From an uncultured Gemmatimonadota bacterium (GTDB taxonomy: Bacteria > SM23-81 > DAOVCL01): DNA of 55,484 bases. Below, one piece after another: positions 30,201-39,916 of the stretch; the stretch's first letter is position 1, and every line of letters begins with the position of its first letter. The position numbers were made by a program, and so were the translations under genes. The stretch spans positions 1 through 55,484 of the forward strand of contig CAZVGK010000023.1 of NCBI GenBank assembly GCA_964626665.1, in the 5' to 3' direction. The notes below the pieces were generated by a model. It was not told the DNA's origin and searched no databases. It saw nothing but the letters and a program-made list of their open reading frames with translations.

Positions 30201-30728
30201 ATGCTCAGATCAACAACCATAATAGGTTTGAGGTATAAGGGTAAGGTGGCCATCGGGGGGGATGGACAGGTAACCTTGGAGAACACAATTGTAAAAGGAG
30301 GAGCCAATAAGCTGCGCCGGCTGCACCAGGGGGAGGTTTTAGCCGGGTTTGCCGGAGCCTCCGCCGATGTCTTTGCCCTCTTCGAGAAGTTCGAGGCGAA
30401 GCTAAAGGAATATCCTCACAATCTCCCCCGGGCCGCTGTGGAGCTGGCCAAGGAGTGGAGGACGGACAAATATCTGCGCAGATTGGAGGCCTTCCTAGCC
30501 GTAATGAACAAGGAGCATTCCCTCCTCATCTCCGGGTCCGGTGAGGTGATGGAACCGGATGACGGGATATTGGCCATAGGTTCGGGGGGAGCCTATGCCC
30601 TGGCCGCAGCCAGGGCCCTGATTAGGCATAGCAACCTTGAGGCAAGGCAGATCGTGGAGGAGGCTTTAAAGATCGCTGCCTCCATCTGCATCTACACAAA
30701 CGAAAACTTTCACATCGAAGAGTTATAA
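30201..30728 (+). CDS. hslV: ATP-dependent protease subunit HslV
   Basis: STTI N-terminal Thr, GDGQVT, AIGSGG, CIYTN. Confidence 0.97.
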   Translation: MLRSTTIIGLRYKGKVAIGGDGQVTLENTIVKGGANKLRRLHQGEVLAGFAGASADVFALFEKFEAKLKEYPHNLPRAAVELAKEWRTDKYLRRLEAFLAVMNKEHSLLISGSGEVMEPDDGILAIGSGGAYALAAARALIRHSNLEARQIVEEALKIAASICIYTNENFHIEEL

Positions 30729-30729
30729 G

Positions 30730-32085
30730 ATGGCTACCGGGAAGATAAAGGAGCTTACCCCTCAGGAGATAGTGAGGGAGTTAGACCGCTACATAATCGG
30801 TCAGGACAAGGCCAAGAAATCCGTGGCCATTGCCCTGCGGAATAGATGGAGAAGACAGCAGGTTCCCCCTGAGCTCAGGGAGGAGATAAACCCCAATAAC
30901 ATTATAATGATAGGACCGACTGGCGTCGGTAAAACGGAGATCGCCCGCAGGTTGGCCAACTTAGCCAATGCCCCCTTCATCAAGGTAGAGGCCTCTAAAT
31001 ATACGGAGGTCGGCTATGTGGGAAGGGATGTGGAGTCTATGGTCAGGGATCTTCTTGATTTGGCAGTGAATATGGTGAAGAGGGAAAAGGCAGAGGAGGT
31101 GAAGGAAAAGGCCAAGATAATGACCGAGGAGAGGCTTCTTGATCTCCTCCTCCCTCCCCTCCCTGTGAAGGAGGGCCAGGAGGGTCCAGAGCTCTCCGAG
31201 AAGAGGCAGAGAAGCAGGGAAAAGCTGCAACTGCAGTTACGGACGGGAAAGTTAGAGAAGAGGACGCTGGAGTTGGAACTTCCTGATGACCGGTTCCCGA
31301 TGATCGAGATCTTCTCCCCTGCTGGAATGGAGGAGATGGGCATAAATATGAAGGAGATGTTTGGCGGGATGCTGCCCAAAAGAAAGAAACGGAAGAAGGT
31401 TTCCCTGTGGGAAGCCCGCCACATCTTAGAGGAGGAGGAGGCCAGCAAACTTATTGATATGGATGAGGTGATCTCTGAGGCCAAGTTCAAAGTGGAAAAC
31501 TCCGGGATTATCTTCATCGATGAGATCGATAAGATAGCTGGCCCACCGTCCAAGACCGGACCTGATGTTTCCCGGGAAGGGGTGCAAAGGGACATCCTTC
31601 CCATCGTGGAGGGGTCAACCGTGGCTACCAAACACGGGATGGTAAGAACAGACCACATCCTCTTTATCGCTGCTGGGGCCTTTAGCAGTTCCAAGCCCTC
31701 AGATCTCATCCCAGAGCTGCAGGGGAGGTTTCCCATTCGGGCGGAGTTAAACAGCCTGAGCGAAGATGATTTCTTCAGGATACTCACCGAGCCCCAAAAT
31801 GCCCTCATCAAGCAGTATACGGCCCTGCTGAAGGCAGAGGGGGTGGATATAACCTTTACCAAAGGGGCAATTCGAGCCATAGCCCGCATTGCCAGCCAGG
31901 TAAATGAGCGCATGGAGAACATAGGGGCCCGCCGATTGCACACCGTGATGACCACCCTCTTAGAGGATATCCTCTACTCTGTGCCAGACTCCGGGATAAG
32001 GAAGGCGAAGGTCACCAGCCAGATGGTAAACAGTTGCCTGGGCAAGATTGTCAAGGATGAGGATCTGAGCAGGTATATACTGTAA
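30730..32085 (+). CDS. hslU: ATP-dependent protease ATPase HslU
   Basis: [13 protein letters not shown] pore motif, FIDEIDK, ELQGRFP, GARRL. Confidence 0.98.
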   Translation: MATGKIKELTPQEIVRELDRYIIGQDKAKKSVAIALRNRWRRQQVPPELREEINPNNIIMIGPTGVGKTEIARRLANLANAPFIKVEASKYTEVGYVGRDVESMVRDLLDLAVNMVKREKAEEVKEKAKIMTEERLLDLLLPPLPVKEGQEGPELSEKRQRSREKLQLQLRTGKLEKRTLELELPDDRFPMIEIFSPAGMEEMGINMKEMFGGMLPKRKKRKKVSLWEARHILEEEEASKLIDMDEVISEAKFKVENSGIIFIDEIDKIAGPPSKTGPDVSREGVQRDILPIVEGSTVATKHGMVRTDHILFIAAGAFSSSKPSDLIPELQGRFPIRAELNSLSEDDFFRILTEPQNALIKQYTALLKAEGVDITFTKGAIRAIARIASQVNERMENIGARRLHTVMTTLLEDILYSVPDSGIRKAKVTSQMVNSCLGKIVKDEDLSRYIL

Positions 32086-32162
32086 CATTTTGGAATTTCT
32101 AAAAATCCTTGAATCTCAGCAGGGGAGCAATCAGAGCAGACGCAGAGTTGCGCAGCGAGTTA

Positions 32163-32370
32163 GGATGTGGGAAAAATCTTCTGATGTCGATCAAAAGTGT
32201 GCTGTCAGGAGTTACCTCCTGACAGCTCTCGAAAGGTCTGGAGACCTCTCCCACAATTTAAATGGGTCGCTGGTAACCGATTTGAATGTTTCAATCCAAA
32301 TGCGGGTTACAATAATAGACGGGATGGAGAGGATGAATAAAAATCCTGTAAATCCTGTCATCCTGTCAAA
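32163..32370. repeat. Nested palindromic repeats
   Basis: GGATGTGGGA...GGTCTGGAGACCTCTCCCAC unit (cf. 1371-1428) interrupted by TGTCAGGAGTTACCTCCTGACA; then GACGGGAT/ATCCTGTC units. Confidence 0.65.
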
Positions 32371-32412
32371 AAGCCCTGCCGCGCTTACGGCTGAGTTCAG
32401 GGAGAGTATCAG

Positions 32413-32718
32413 ATGAACCAAGAAAGAGCAATACTTGAGAAGATAGAAAAAATTGCAAAAGAAAATAAGGTGGTTTTGGCAAAGCAGTTTAAGGTTAAAG
32501 GAATAGGTATCTTTGGATCCATCGTGTGAGGCGAAGCTAAGGAAACAAGTGATGTGGATATATTAGTTGAATTTAAGAAGCCAATAGGACTCTTTAAATT
32601 TCTCGAGCTTGAAGAATACCTTAGCGATCTTATAGGAAGGAAAGTGGACCTCGTCTCCAAAAAAGCTCTTAAACCAAGAATTGGGAAACATATCCTAAGG
32701 GAGGTTGCATTCTTATAA
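32413..32718 (+). pseudogene. Minimal nucleotidyltransferase (MNT antitoxin family) with internal TGA
   Basis: Reads GIFGSIV*GEAKETSDVDILVEF...LGRKVDLV-like; TGA at 32527-32529 sits at the usual Arg of GSxxRGE; not in the ORF track. Confidence 0.8.
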
Positions 32719-32735
32719 AAACAGGAGAGTGTCAG

Positions 32736-32963
32736 ATGGTGTGTGACATTTGTGGACGAGAAGGAGCACACATCCGCAGGGTTGCCAGAACATACGGCAA
32801 GGGTAAGAACCTGCTGGTGATAGAGAACATCCCAGTAGTGAGTTGTCCCCATTGTGGGGAGAGCTACCTGACAGCAGAGACACTGCACGAAATTGAACGG
32901 CTCAAACTTCATCGAAAGAGCATTGCCGTTGAACGCCCTGTAGAAGTTGTCAACTTCGCATAA
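32736..32963 (+). CDS. YgiT-type zinc finger / MqsA-family antitoxin domain
   Basis: CDIC...VIENIP...CPHCGESY. Confidence 0.85.
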   Translation: MVCDICGREGAHIRRVARTYGKGKNLLVIENIPVVSCPHCGESYLTAETLHEIERLKLHRKSIAVERPVEVVNFA

Positions 32964-32983
32964 CTGATGGGAGTGCGCTCCAC

Positions 32984-33083
32984 TTCACATAATAGAGTGT
33001 ATTTGGCTCGGGGCTTCGGTGCTCTACCTAAATCCACTTTTCGGCTGGCGCATTGTTGTTTCCCCACCGCCCTATTAGGTAAA
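32984..33083 (+). other. Degenerate attC-like site
   Basis: TTCACATAATAG pairs with CTATTAGGTAAA (10/12); lies between two co-oriented genes; core triplets AAT/ATT rather than AAC/GTT. Confidence 0.4.
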
Positions 33084-33108
33084 ATAAAGATTCAGAGGAG
33101 CTTTAAAC

Positions 33109-33927
33109 ATGGTTTCGGCTTATACACTGTTATGCTGTCCACTTTGTAAAGGTGATATTGATAAAACATTGAAGTGCTCGTCTTGTGGAGAAAGATATGG
33201 TTTAATGGAGGGCGTATATGTAATGATCAGACCAAAATTGTCTCACAAAGAATGGAGATGGAATAGAAGTGGTTTCTCTAAGGAGAAAATGGCAGAATCG
33301 GCTCAACAATACAAGAGCTATGTTAACAAAGAGACCAGAGAAGCTAAGAAAATTTGGTTGAATGAGATGAATTTTTATATTGATAATTTTCAAGGCTTTG
33401 TGGCTGATATAGCAACCGGCTTAGGGGGAATGTTTGAAACTCTGCTAAAATCGAAAGCACCCTTCCTTCCCATAGCCACAGATGTTGACCCAAATGTGTT
33501 GGTCTGGACAAAAAAGAAGATGGAAGAAAAATATTCAAAGGAATCTCTATTTGTAGCGTCTGATGCTAAACATTTTGCCTTGAAGAATGATATTCTTAAT
33601 TATGCTACATCTTTGGCGGGATTGAATAATATCTCCCACACGGTTTTAGCATTAAAAGAGGTTTACAGGGCCCTAAAGCCCGGTGGTAAATTTGTGGCAA
33701 TGTCTTCTTTTTTTGAGGAAAATAGTAATTCTGCAAAGCTGGCGAGACAACACAATTTGGAGAGAGCATTTATTGAGAAGTATTTGATTAGCGACTTAAC
33801 TGAAGTTGGTTTTAAAGATGTAAAGGCAAATATGGTAGCCTCGGCAATATGGGCGGAAAACCCGATGGACCTACTTCCAGTAGCCGGAGACACACAGTAC
33901 TTTGCGATCATTGAAGCAGAAAAGTGA
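33109..33927 (+). CDS. Class I SAM-dependent methyltransferase with N-terminal Trm112-like Zn ribbon
   Basis: CPLC...CSSC, DIATGLGG, RALKPGG. Confidence 0.85.
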   Translation: MVSAYTLLCCPLCKGDIDKTLKCSSCGERYGLMEGVYVMIRPKLSHKEWRWNRSGFSKEKMAESAQQYKSYVNKETREAKKIWLNEMNFYIDNFQGFVADIATGLGGMFETLLKSKAPFLPIATDVDPNVLVWTKKKMEEKYSKESLFVASDAKHFALKNDILNYATSLAGLNNISHTVLALKEVYRALKPGGKFVAMSSFFEENSNSAKLARQHNLERAFIEKYLISDLTEVGFKDVKANMVASAIWAENPMDLLPVAGDTQYFAIIEAEK

Positions 33928-33937
33928 AAGGATAGTT

Positions 33938-34024
33938 GCTTCGTGTAATGGGGCATATCTGGCGGGTAGGCGGTTCTGTTCCCCTCTAACAACCTCCCTT
34001 TGACCGTCATCTGTTAAGTGAAGT
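33938..34024 (+). other. Degenerate attC-like site
   Basis: GCTTCGTGTAATGG pairs (with G-T wobbles) with CTGTTAAGTGAAGT, which contains GTTAAGT fitting GTTRRRY; starts 11 nt after a stop codon. Confidence 0.4.
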
Positions 34025-34069
34025 GTCCAAATCCGTCCGCAACGAAAATTGCTAAAGGTGGTGATGAAT

Positions 34070-34396
34070 ATGGCATTTAAAACAGTCTTCCTTGCCCATA
34101 CCCCTGACGCAGAGCCAGAAAAGCACCGGTGCGTGATTGAAACCTCCAAATACAAACTGTTTGCAGTACTGGTCAAGGATCAAGGGCAGGCCGTGGAAAT
34201 ATGCAAAAAGCTTGTCAAAGAGGAGGGCATTCACTCCATCCTCCTCTGCCCTGGGTTTACAAATAAAGATGTGGCAGAGATAACCGAGGCGGTTGGGGAG
34301 AAGATTGGGGTTTCCGTGGCCCGTGGAGACGGCCCAAGCAGCAGGGTTTCAATGGAGGTAATGAAAAGGGAAGGTTGGTTTGCAGAAAAAGAGTAA
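34070..34396 (+). CDS. Small conserved protein (DUF6506-like)
   Basis: PDAEPEKHR...EEGIHSILLCPGF pattern; AAGGTGGTGA RBS. Confidence 0.7.
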   Translation: MAFKTVFLAHTPDAEPEKHRCVIETSKYKLFAVLVKDQGQAVEICKKLVKEEGIHSILLCPGFTNKDVAEITEAVGEKIGVSVARGDGPSSRVSMEVMKREGWFAEKE

Positions 34397-34477
34397 GTTC
34401 CACTATTTTTCTGTGACTTCTATCGAACGGCAAAATATGAATATAGAATTAACTCTTTCCACAAGAGGGACAGGCTC

Positions 34478-35260
34478 ATGGTGCATTTGAAAAGTTTTCA
34501 TCAACCGCTCAACCGAAAGGGATGCCGCCTTCTCGCTGATGCTTTGGGTGATACACCTGAGACCGTCATTTCAGTTCATGTGCTGAGGCGTGGCTTGTGC
34601 CGAGCCTATGTGGCTGGTGATCCTGCCAGTTTCGACGGTGCAATCGTAGAAGCCAACTTTTTGCTTGGGGAACCCACAGGCTTCGGTTCAGACCCTGAAG
34701 TCCTGTGGGATTTGCTGAAAGGGGTCAAGGGGTGGGACTGTGTCGATGTCGCTCCGGAGTGTGCGACTGCCCTGGGAGAGACTATCGACAGGGAAATGGG
34801 AGTTCCCGTTCGATACTACGGTGACATATATTATACACTATCCAAACCAGTATTGAATTTCCCCAACGAAGCCGTTCGTCAGTTGACACTTGAGGATATT
34901 AGACTGCTGGAATCCGCTCCAGCCGAGGTCCGAGGATGCGGTTTTGGAAGTTCATATGGTTTGCTGTCAGATGGAATTGTTGCCTGTGCCATTGTATCAG
35001 GTGAGATTGTGGCCATTGCGCATACCAGTGCCCGCACCAAATGCTATGCAGACATTGGGGTCGTTACGCTCAAAGAGTGGCGAGGCCGTGGGTTTGCCAC
35101 GGCTGCAGCATCCATTGTGGCAAAGCGGGTGCAGGAAGCAGGACAGACTCCCGTCTGGAGTACAGGCGAAGACAACATTGCCTCTCTTCGAATTGCGCAA
35201 AAGTTGGGATTTACCGAGGTATCGCGGTCAACCTATATAATTCCAGAGAAAGTCACATAA
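34478..35260 (+). CDS. GNAT-family N-acetyltransferase
   Basis: IGVVTLKEWRGRGFA acetyl-CoA motif, NIASLRIAQKLGF. Confidence 0.9.
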   Translation: MVHLKSFHQPLNRKGCRLLADALGDTPETVISVHVLRRGLCRAYVAGDPASFDGAIVEANFLLGEPTGFGSDPEVLWDLLKGVKGWDCVDVAPECATALGETIDREMGVPVRYYGDIYYTLSKPVLNFPNEAVRQLTLEDIRLLESAPAEVRGCGFGSSYGLLSDGIVACAIVSGEIVAIAHTSARTKCYADIGVVTLKEWRGRGFATAAASIVAKRVQEAGQTPVWSTGEDNIASLRIAQKLGFTEVSRSTYIIPEKVT

Positions 35261-35270
35261 TATGCAGGGA

Positions 35271-35411
35271 CGCACAACAGTCAGTATATTGGGCACTGCT
35301 CAACAAGTGGCAAACAGCACGAAATACCACCTTTTTGCCTATCAGTCGGTTAGGGGCTCCGCTCAAATCCAGACAAGTCGGGGCTTCGTCTATCCACTGC
35401 TCCCTTGGGCG
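35271..35411 (+). other. Degenerate attC-like site
   Basis: CGCACAAC 11 nt after a stop and CTTGGGCG just before the next RBS; internal pairing weak. Confidence 0.3.
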
Positions 35412-35432
35412 AAAATGAAAGGAGGATGAAAA

Positions 35433-35852
35433 ATGCGATTGGTTAAATCTGCTTTTGAGAGATTCGTGGAACAATTATTTGAAATTATGAAAGAAAAAAC
35501 ACTCTTATGTAACATTGATGCCGTGATGAGTGAAGTCGATAGAACCGTAGTTGGCAAAATTCGTCAGATTCTTGTATATCGTTCAGGACAACTCATAATT
35601 CCGAAGTATCCAGGTTATTCGGATCATAAAATTGCAATTATTATACTTACGGGGTGGGCAAACTCTTCACTGCTCATAACACTTTTTTGGGGACTTGGAG
35701 AAAAGAAGGATGGAAACAGAGACGATTATGATGCTGAGATAATTCTTAATGGTAAAAAGGTTTCCCCGTACGATGGTGAAATATTAAGATACATCTCAAC
35801 CTTTAAACTGGAACACAAGAAATGCAATTCAGACGAATGCCATACTGAATGA
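35433..35852 (+). CDS. Hypothetical protein
   Basis: 139-aa ORF with strong AAGGAGG RBS. Confidence 0.6.
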   Translation: MRLVKSAFERFVEQLFEIMKEKTLLCNIDAVMSEVDRTVVGKIRQILVYRSGQLIIPKYPGYSDHKIAIIILTGWANSSLLITLFWGLGEKKDGNRDDYDAEIILNGKKVSPYDGEILRYISTFKLEHKKCNSDECHTE

Positions 35853-35924
35853 GGTGAGAATCTGTAGAAGTTGATGGAAATAAGCTGTTACGCGTCATAT
35901 AAGAACCCATAGAGGAGGTGAATA

Positions 35925-36281
35925 ATGACTGCGAATATCTGGTGGATATGGATGGTTATTGCTGCCCTTTTTGTCATTGGTGAGATATCCACCGCAGGGT
36001 TTTTCCTTTTGTGGTTTGGCATTGGTGCTGCGGTAGCAGGCATCTTAGCGCTTCTCGGTCTTGGGGCGGGTTGGCAATGGGGGGCCTTCATAGTCGTCTC
36101 CAGGGTGCTCTTTGGCGTTTCCAGAAGGTTTGCCGAACGGTTCACCAAGAAGCAGCCCCCAGGGATTGGTGCTGATCGGTTCGTCGGTAAAAAAGCCATG
36201 GCGTTGGAAAAGATCAAAACATGGGAAGTAACTCTACATTTCCTTAAGGTTGATATGGGATCTCTTCGAGGACAAACATGA
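35925..36281 (+). pseudogene. Truncated duplicate of the NfeD-family gene
   Basis: First ~89 aa and RBS nearly identical to 38010-38456; OB-fold C-terminus (GRVRV..EWRA) missing. Confidence 0.8.
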
Positions 36282-36377
36282 AGTGAAGATCATCTCTTAT
36301 TTTTAAAGGGAAAGGAGGTGAAATTGGTATGTTAAAGGAGAAAATGAAGTTTTCTTTTTAATATACCAAGGACCAAA

Positions 36378-37685
36378 ATGATAGCATTAAAAGTAAAAAC
36401 TATTTTTAAGTGGAGCATTTTTTCAGTGCTTACTGGGCTCCTCGTCGTAACGCATTTATGGGCTAAAGAGGTTGAATTAAAGCAAAAAGCGATTGAGGAA
36501 TTCAAAAATGAACGCTATCCTGAAGCGATTTCGCTTCTCAAGAAGGCAGCCTCTGAAAATCCAAATTATGCAGAAACCTGGTATTACCTGGGCTATTTTA
36601 CCCATTATCTCTGCGCGGACTGGATACCTCTAACCGAATGTGACGAGAAAAAGTCCGATGAAATATTGAAATATTTGAACAGAGCCATAACTTTAGATCC
36701 GAAGCATGGGAATGCTTACTATTTTATTGGAGTTGAACATGGTTGTCGTTTCTTAAAAGCTATGCAAAAGGGCGATATTAAAAAAATGCGTATGGAGCTC
36801 CAAACTGGGCGTCAAAAAGGGGGCTATCCTGATTGGTTAATTGAATACACCCGAAATATGTTAAGATCGTGCCAGCCTAATGCGATTTTATTTACTGGTG
36901 GAGATGCTGATTCATGGCCCACCTGGTATCTCCAATTCTGCGAAAATTATAGGACAGATGTTACGGTTATTCCAACCGGTTTGTTAACCAGGCCCTGGTT
37001 TGTGCTGTCATTAAAAAATGGCATCAAAAAAGCCTTAGTTAATATACCAATTAGTTGGAGTAAAGAACAAATAATGGATATGCATCCCTATAGATGGAAA
37101 ACATACACAGTGAAGATACCTATTCCCGGAACGGTTTTGGAAAGATATAACATCTTATCGCAAGATAGTTTAATGAATTGGGATTTAAAACCTACTTTGA
37201 AGACGAGTTCGCGCGAACTTTTAGACACAGGACGGGCTATTCTTGCTGATATTATAAAAACTAATAGGTGGAAAAAGCCCATCTATTTTTCTCTTGCATT
37301 CCCCATGAAGAAATTGCCAAATCTTGCTAAGTTTATGCAATTGTGCGGACTGACCTATCGACTCCTTCCCGTTGAGGTTGAGAAACATAATTTGTCTCTT
37401 AATCCGAAAGAAATAGAAAATGTCCTCTTACGATCTGAATATTACCGTTATTTTGCCGATGTAAAGAAACATAATATGCCTCGAGTTTCTCGTACATTAA
37501 ACAACTATCGCCTTGTTCTACTCCATCTAGCAGAATACTATGTTGAATCTGGAGATAATAAAAAGGCTGCGGACATTTTGGACCGAATGTCAACGTATAT
37601 GCCCAAAGATATTTTCCCCCCACCTAATGGACTCAAAAACATGACAGAATATCTCCGTAACAATATCAAAGTTAAGAACAGATAG
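36378..37685 (+). CDS. Secreted TPR protein with a DUF2723/TMEM260-like extramembrane segment
   Basis: Signal peptide, TPR helices, NMLRSCQPNAILFTGGDADSWPTWYLQ...RTDVTVI motif. Confidence 0.7.
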   Translation: MIALKVKTIFKWSIFSVLTGLLVVTHLWAKEVELKQKAIEEFKNERYPEAISLLKKAASENPNYAETWYYLGYFTHYLCADWIPLTECDEKKSDEILKYLNRAITLDPKHGNAYYFIGVEHGCRFLKAMQKGDIKKMRMELQTGRQKGGYPDWLIEYTRNMLRSCQPNAILFTGGDADSWPTWYLQFCENYRTDVTVIPTGLLTRPWFVLSLKNGIKKALVNIPISWSKEQIMDMHPYRWKTYTVKIPIPGTVLERYNILSQDSLMNWDLKPTLKTSSRELLDTGRAILADIIKTNRWKKPIYFSLAFPMKKLPNLAKFMQLCGLTYRLLPVEVEKHNLSLNPKEIENVLLRSEYYRYFADVKKHNMPRVSRTLNNYRLVLLHLAEYYVESGDNKKAADILDRMSTYMPKDIFPPPNGLKNMTEYLRNNIKVKNR

Positions 37686-38009
37686 GCAGACTAAATGCAT
37701 TAAGTTATTTTACTCAATACCTTTTAAAAGTCCTAAGTTAAGAAAAAAAATTCTTCTCTGCCGGAAAGTGACTGACTTTTCGGCTCAAAACTAATTGGTG
37801 GATGCACTGATGCCCAGACAAGTTCAGGCACTGGGGTGGAAAGAATCTTTTTACCCATTTATCTTTGAGTAAGCAACCTAAGACCTTTTCCAACTCACAG
37901 TTTTTTTTGGTGGGGCTCCTTAACTGTCTTTCCTCCGCAGGAGAAAGTGTCTCAGATTCTATGTAAGGCTTTAGCAAACTAAATAAAAAGCTACAGAGGA
38001 GGTGAGATA

Positions 38010-38456
38010 ATGGCTGTAAATATCTGGTGGATATGGATGGTTATTGCCGCCCTCTTTGTCATTGGCGAGATATTCACCGCAGGGTTTTTCCTTTTGTGGT
38101 TTGGCATTGGAGCTGCGGTAGCAGGCATCCTGGCCCTCCTCGGTTTAGGGGCAGGTTGGCAGTGGGGAACCTTCATAGTCGTCTCGGGGGTGCTCTTTGG
38201 CGTTTCAAGAAGGTTTGCCGAACGCTTTACCAAAAAGCAACCTCCAGGGATTGGTGCTGATCGGTTCGTCGGTAAGAAGGGGGTGGTGCTGGAGGAGGTT
38301 GATAATGTTAAGAACACCGGGCGGGTGCGGGTAGAAAAGGATGAGTGGAGGGCAGATAGCGACACTGATGAGGTTATACCAATAGGAAAGATGGTTAAAG
38401 TTAATAGGTTAGATGGAACGCATTTGGTAGTTGAAACCTTAAAGGAGGAGGAATAG
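38010..38456 (+). CDS. NfeD-family membrane protein
   Basis: Hydrophobic N-terminus, VGKKG...GRVRV..DEWRA OB-fold; upstream of the SPFH gene. Confidence 0.9.
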   Translation: MAVNIWWIWMVIAALFVIGEIFTAGFFLLWFGIGAAVAGILALLGLGAGWQWGTFIVVSGVLFGVSRRFAERFTKKQPPGIGADRFVGKKGVVLEEVDNVKNTGRVRVEKDEWRADSDTDEVIPIGKMVKVNRLDGTHLVVETLKEEE

Positions 38457-38457
38457 A

Positions 38458-39354
38458 ATGATAGCAGTATTAGTTGTTGTGGCAATTGTAGTGTTTATAA
38501 TTGCCGCCACAGGCATAAAAGTCATCAGACCCTGGCAAAAAGGGTTGATTGAGCGGCTGGGGAAGTATCAGCGCACAGCGGACAGTGGACTTACCATCAT
38601 CATTCCTTTCTTGGAGAGGATGATCAAGATTGATATGCGAGAACAGGTGGTTGATGTTCCCCCACAGGCAGTAATTACCAAAGACAATGTTGCCGTAGAG
38701 GTGGATGCTGTAGTCTATTATGAGGTTACTGACCCGATAAAGGTCACCTATAACGTTGTTAACTTTTATATGGCAGCCACAAAACTTGCCCAAACTAATT
38801 TGAGAAACCTGATTGGTGATCTGGCTCTGGACGAATCGCTTACCTCCCGGGAGTTAATAAACACCAAGTTGCGTCAGATCCTCGATGATGCCACGGATAA
38901 ATGGGGAACAAGGGTCACCAGGGTGGAGCTTCAGAGAATTGAGCCGCCGAGAGATGTTACCGAGGCAATGCATCGTCAGATGAAGGCAGAGCGAGAAAGG
39001 CGGGCCATGATCCTTGAGGCTGAGGGCCACAAGAAGTCAGCGATCCTTAAGGCCGAGGGCCAGGCTGAGGCGATAAAGAAGGTGGCCGAGGCTGAGAAAT
39101 TTAAGAAGCTGACTGTAGCCAAAGGAGAGGCCGAGGCCATCCAGACGGTATTTGGGGCCATCCACGAAGGGAAGCCGACGAATGACCTGATTGCCATAAA
39201 ATATCTGGAGGCCCTCCAGAAGATTGCCGACGGTCAGGCGACGAAGATCTTCTTGCCCTACGAGGCCTCGGGCATTCTGGGAAGCATTGCTGGAATTGGC
39301 GAGCTCTTAAAGGAGAAGCTCCCTTCAGGAGGGGGAAAGGCAAAAGAGGTATAG
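38458..39354 (+). CDS. SPFH/band 7 (stomatin/QmcA-like) protein
   Basis: [31 protein letters not shown]. Confidence 0.95.
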   Translation: MIAVLVVVAIVVFIIAATGIKVIRPWQKGLIERLGKYQRTADSGLTIIIPFLERMIKIDMREQVVDVPPQAVITKDNVAVEVDAVVYYEVTDPIKVTYNVVNFYMAATKLAQTNLRNLIGDLALDESLTSRELINTKLRQILDDATDKWGTRVTRVELQRIEPPRDVTEAMHRQMKAERERRAMILEAEGHKKSAILKAEGQAEAIKKVAEAEKFKKLTVAKGEAEAIQTVFGAIHEGKPTNDLIAIKYLEALQKIADGQATKIFLPYEASGILGSIAGIGELLKEKLPSGGGKAKEV

Positions 39355-39413
39355 AGAAGGGAGGATATTCAACCCAAGGCTTAAAAAATAGCTAAGGCGA
39401 TGATTTGTGTGTG

Positions 39414-39585
39414 TTAGCCTGAATAATTCATATGCCACCAAGTATTGATAAAATCGGATTAAACCAAATGTTCACAATCCAATGCAGAGCGACTCAGTTT
39501 ACAAACCGAAGTCCTTTTATGCCTCATGTTCCTTGTGAGATAATGTCTTCGTGGCTAAAATTTATGAATGAATAATCTGGGTTAG
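39414..39585. repeat. MITE-like element with imperfect terminal inverted repeats
   Basis: TAGCCTGAATAATTCA ... TGAATAATCTGGGTTA; similar end GCATAATCCGGGATA near 25070. Confidence 0.4.
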
Positions 39586-39916
39586 AGTTCCTCTCAGAAA
39601 AAACTCCTGTCTAAGAGCAAAACCAGAAGCCGCTGGCGGCGGAAATGGTTAATCCTAATCTTGTCATAATTTGAACGGAAGGGGGACGTTCCTCGTTTTA
39701 CCTGGGTATTTTAGGAATCAAATCCTTTTTCCCCAATATATGGAAGAGGAAAACGGTAATCCATCCCAAAATTACCCGACCGACCACAAAGTGTAAAGTG
39801 AAACAGTACGAAACCCTCGCACAAAAAAACAAGATCTTGCCAAATGGTAGTTCAGAAGAGCTTGAGGAGTAAGCTTCTTTACCTTGTTTATCCTGTCTAA
39901 TATTGTAAAACTCCAA

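Noticed and set aside
31014-31955. 313-aa antisense ORF
   Set aside because: Shadow frame of the highly conserved hslU gene; the other short ORFs overlapping assigned genes were dismissed for the same reason
32527-32529. TGA in the MNT gene as selenocysteine or a recoded stop
   Set aside because: The position corresponds to Arg (GSxxRGE), not Cys, and TGA, TAA and TAG all terminate conserved genes normally in this window
37738-37977. 79-aa minus-strand ORF between the TPR gene and nfeD
   Set aside because: No RBS or recognisable motif; cannot be supported as a gene
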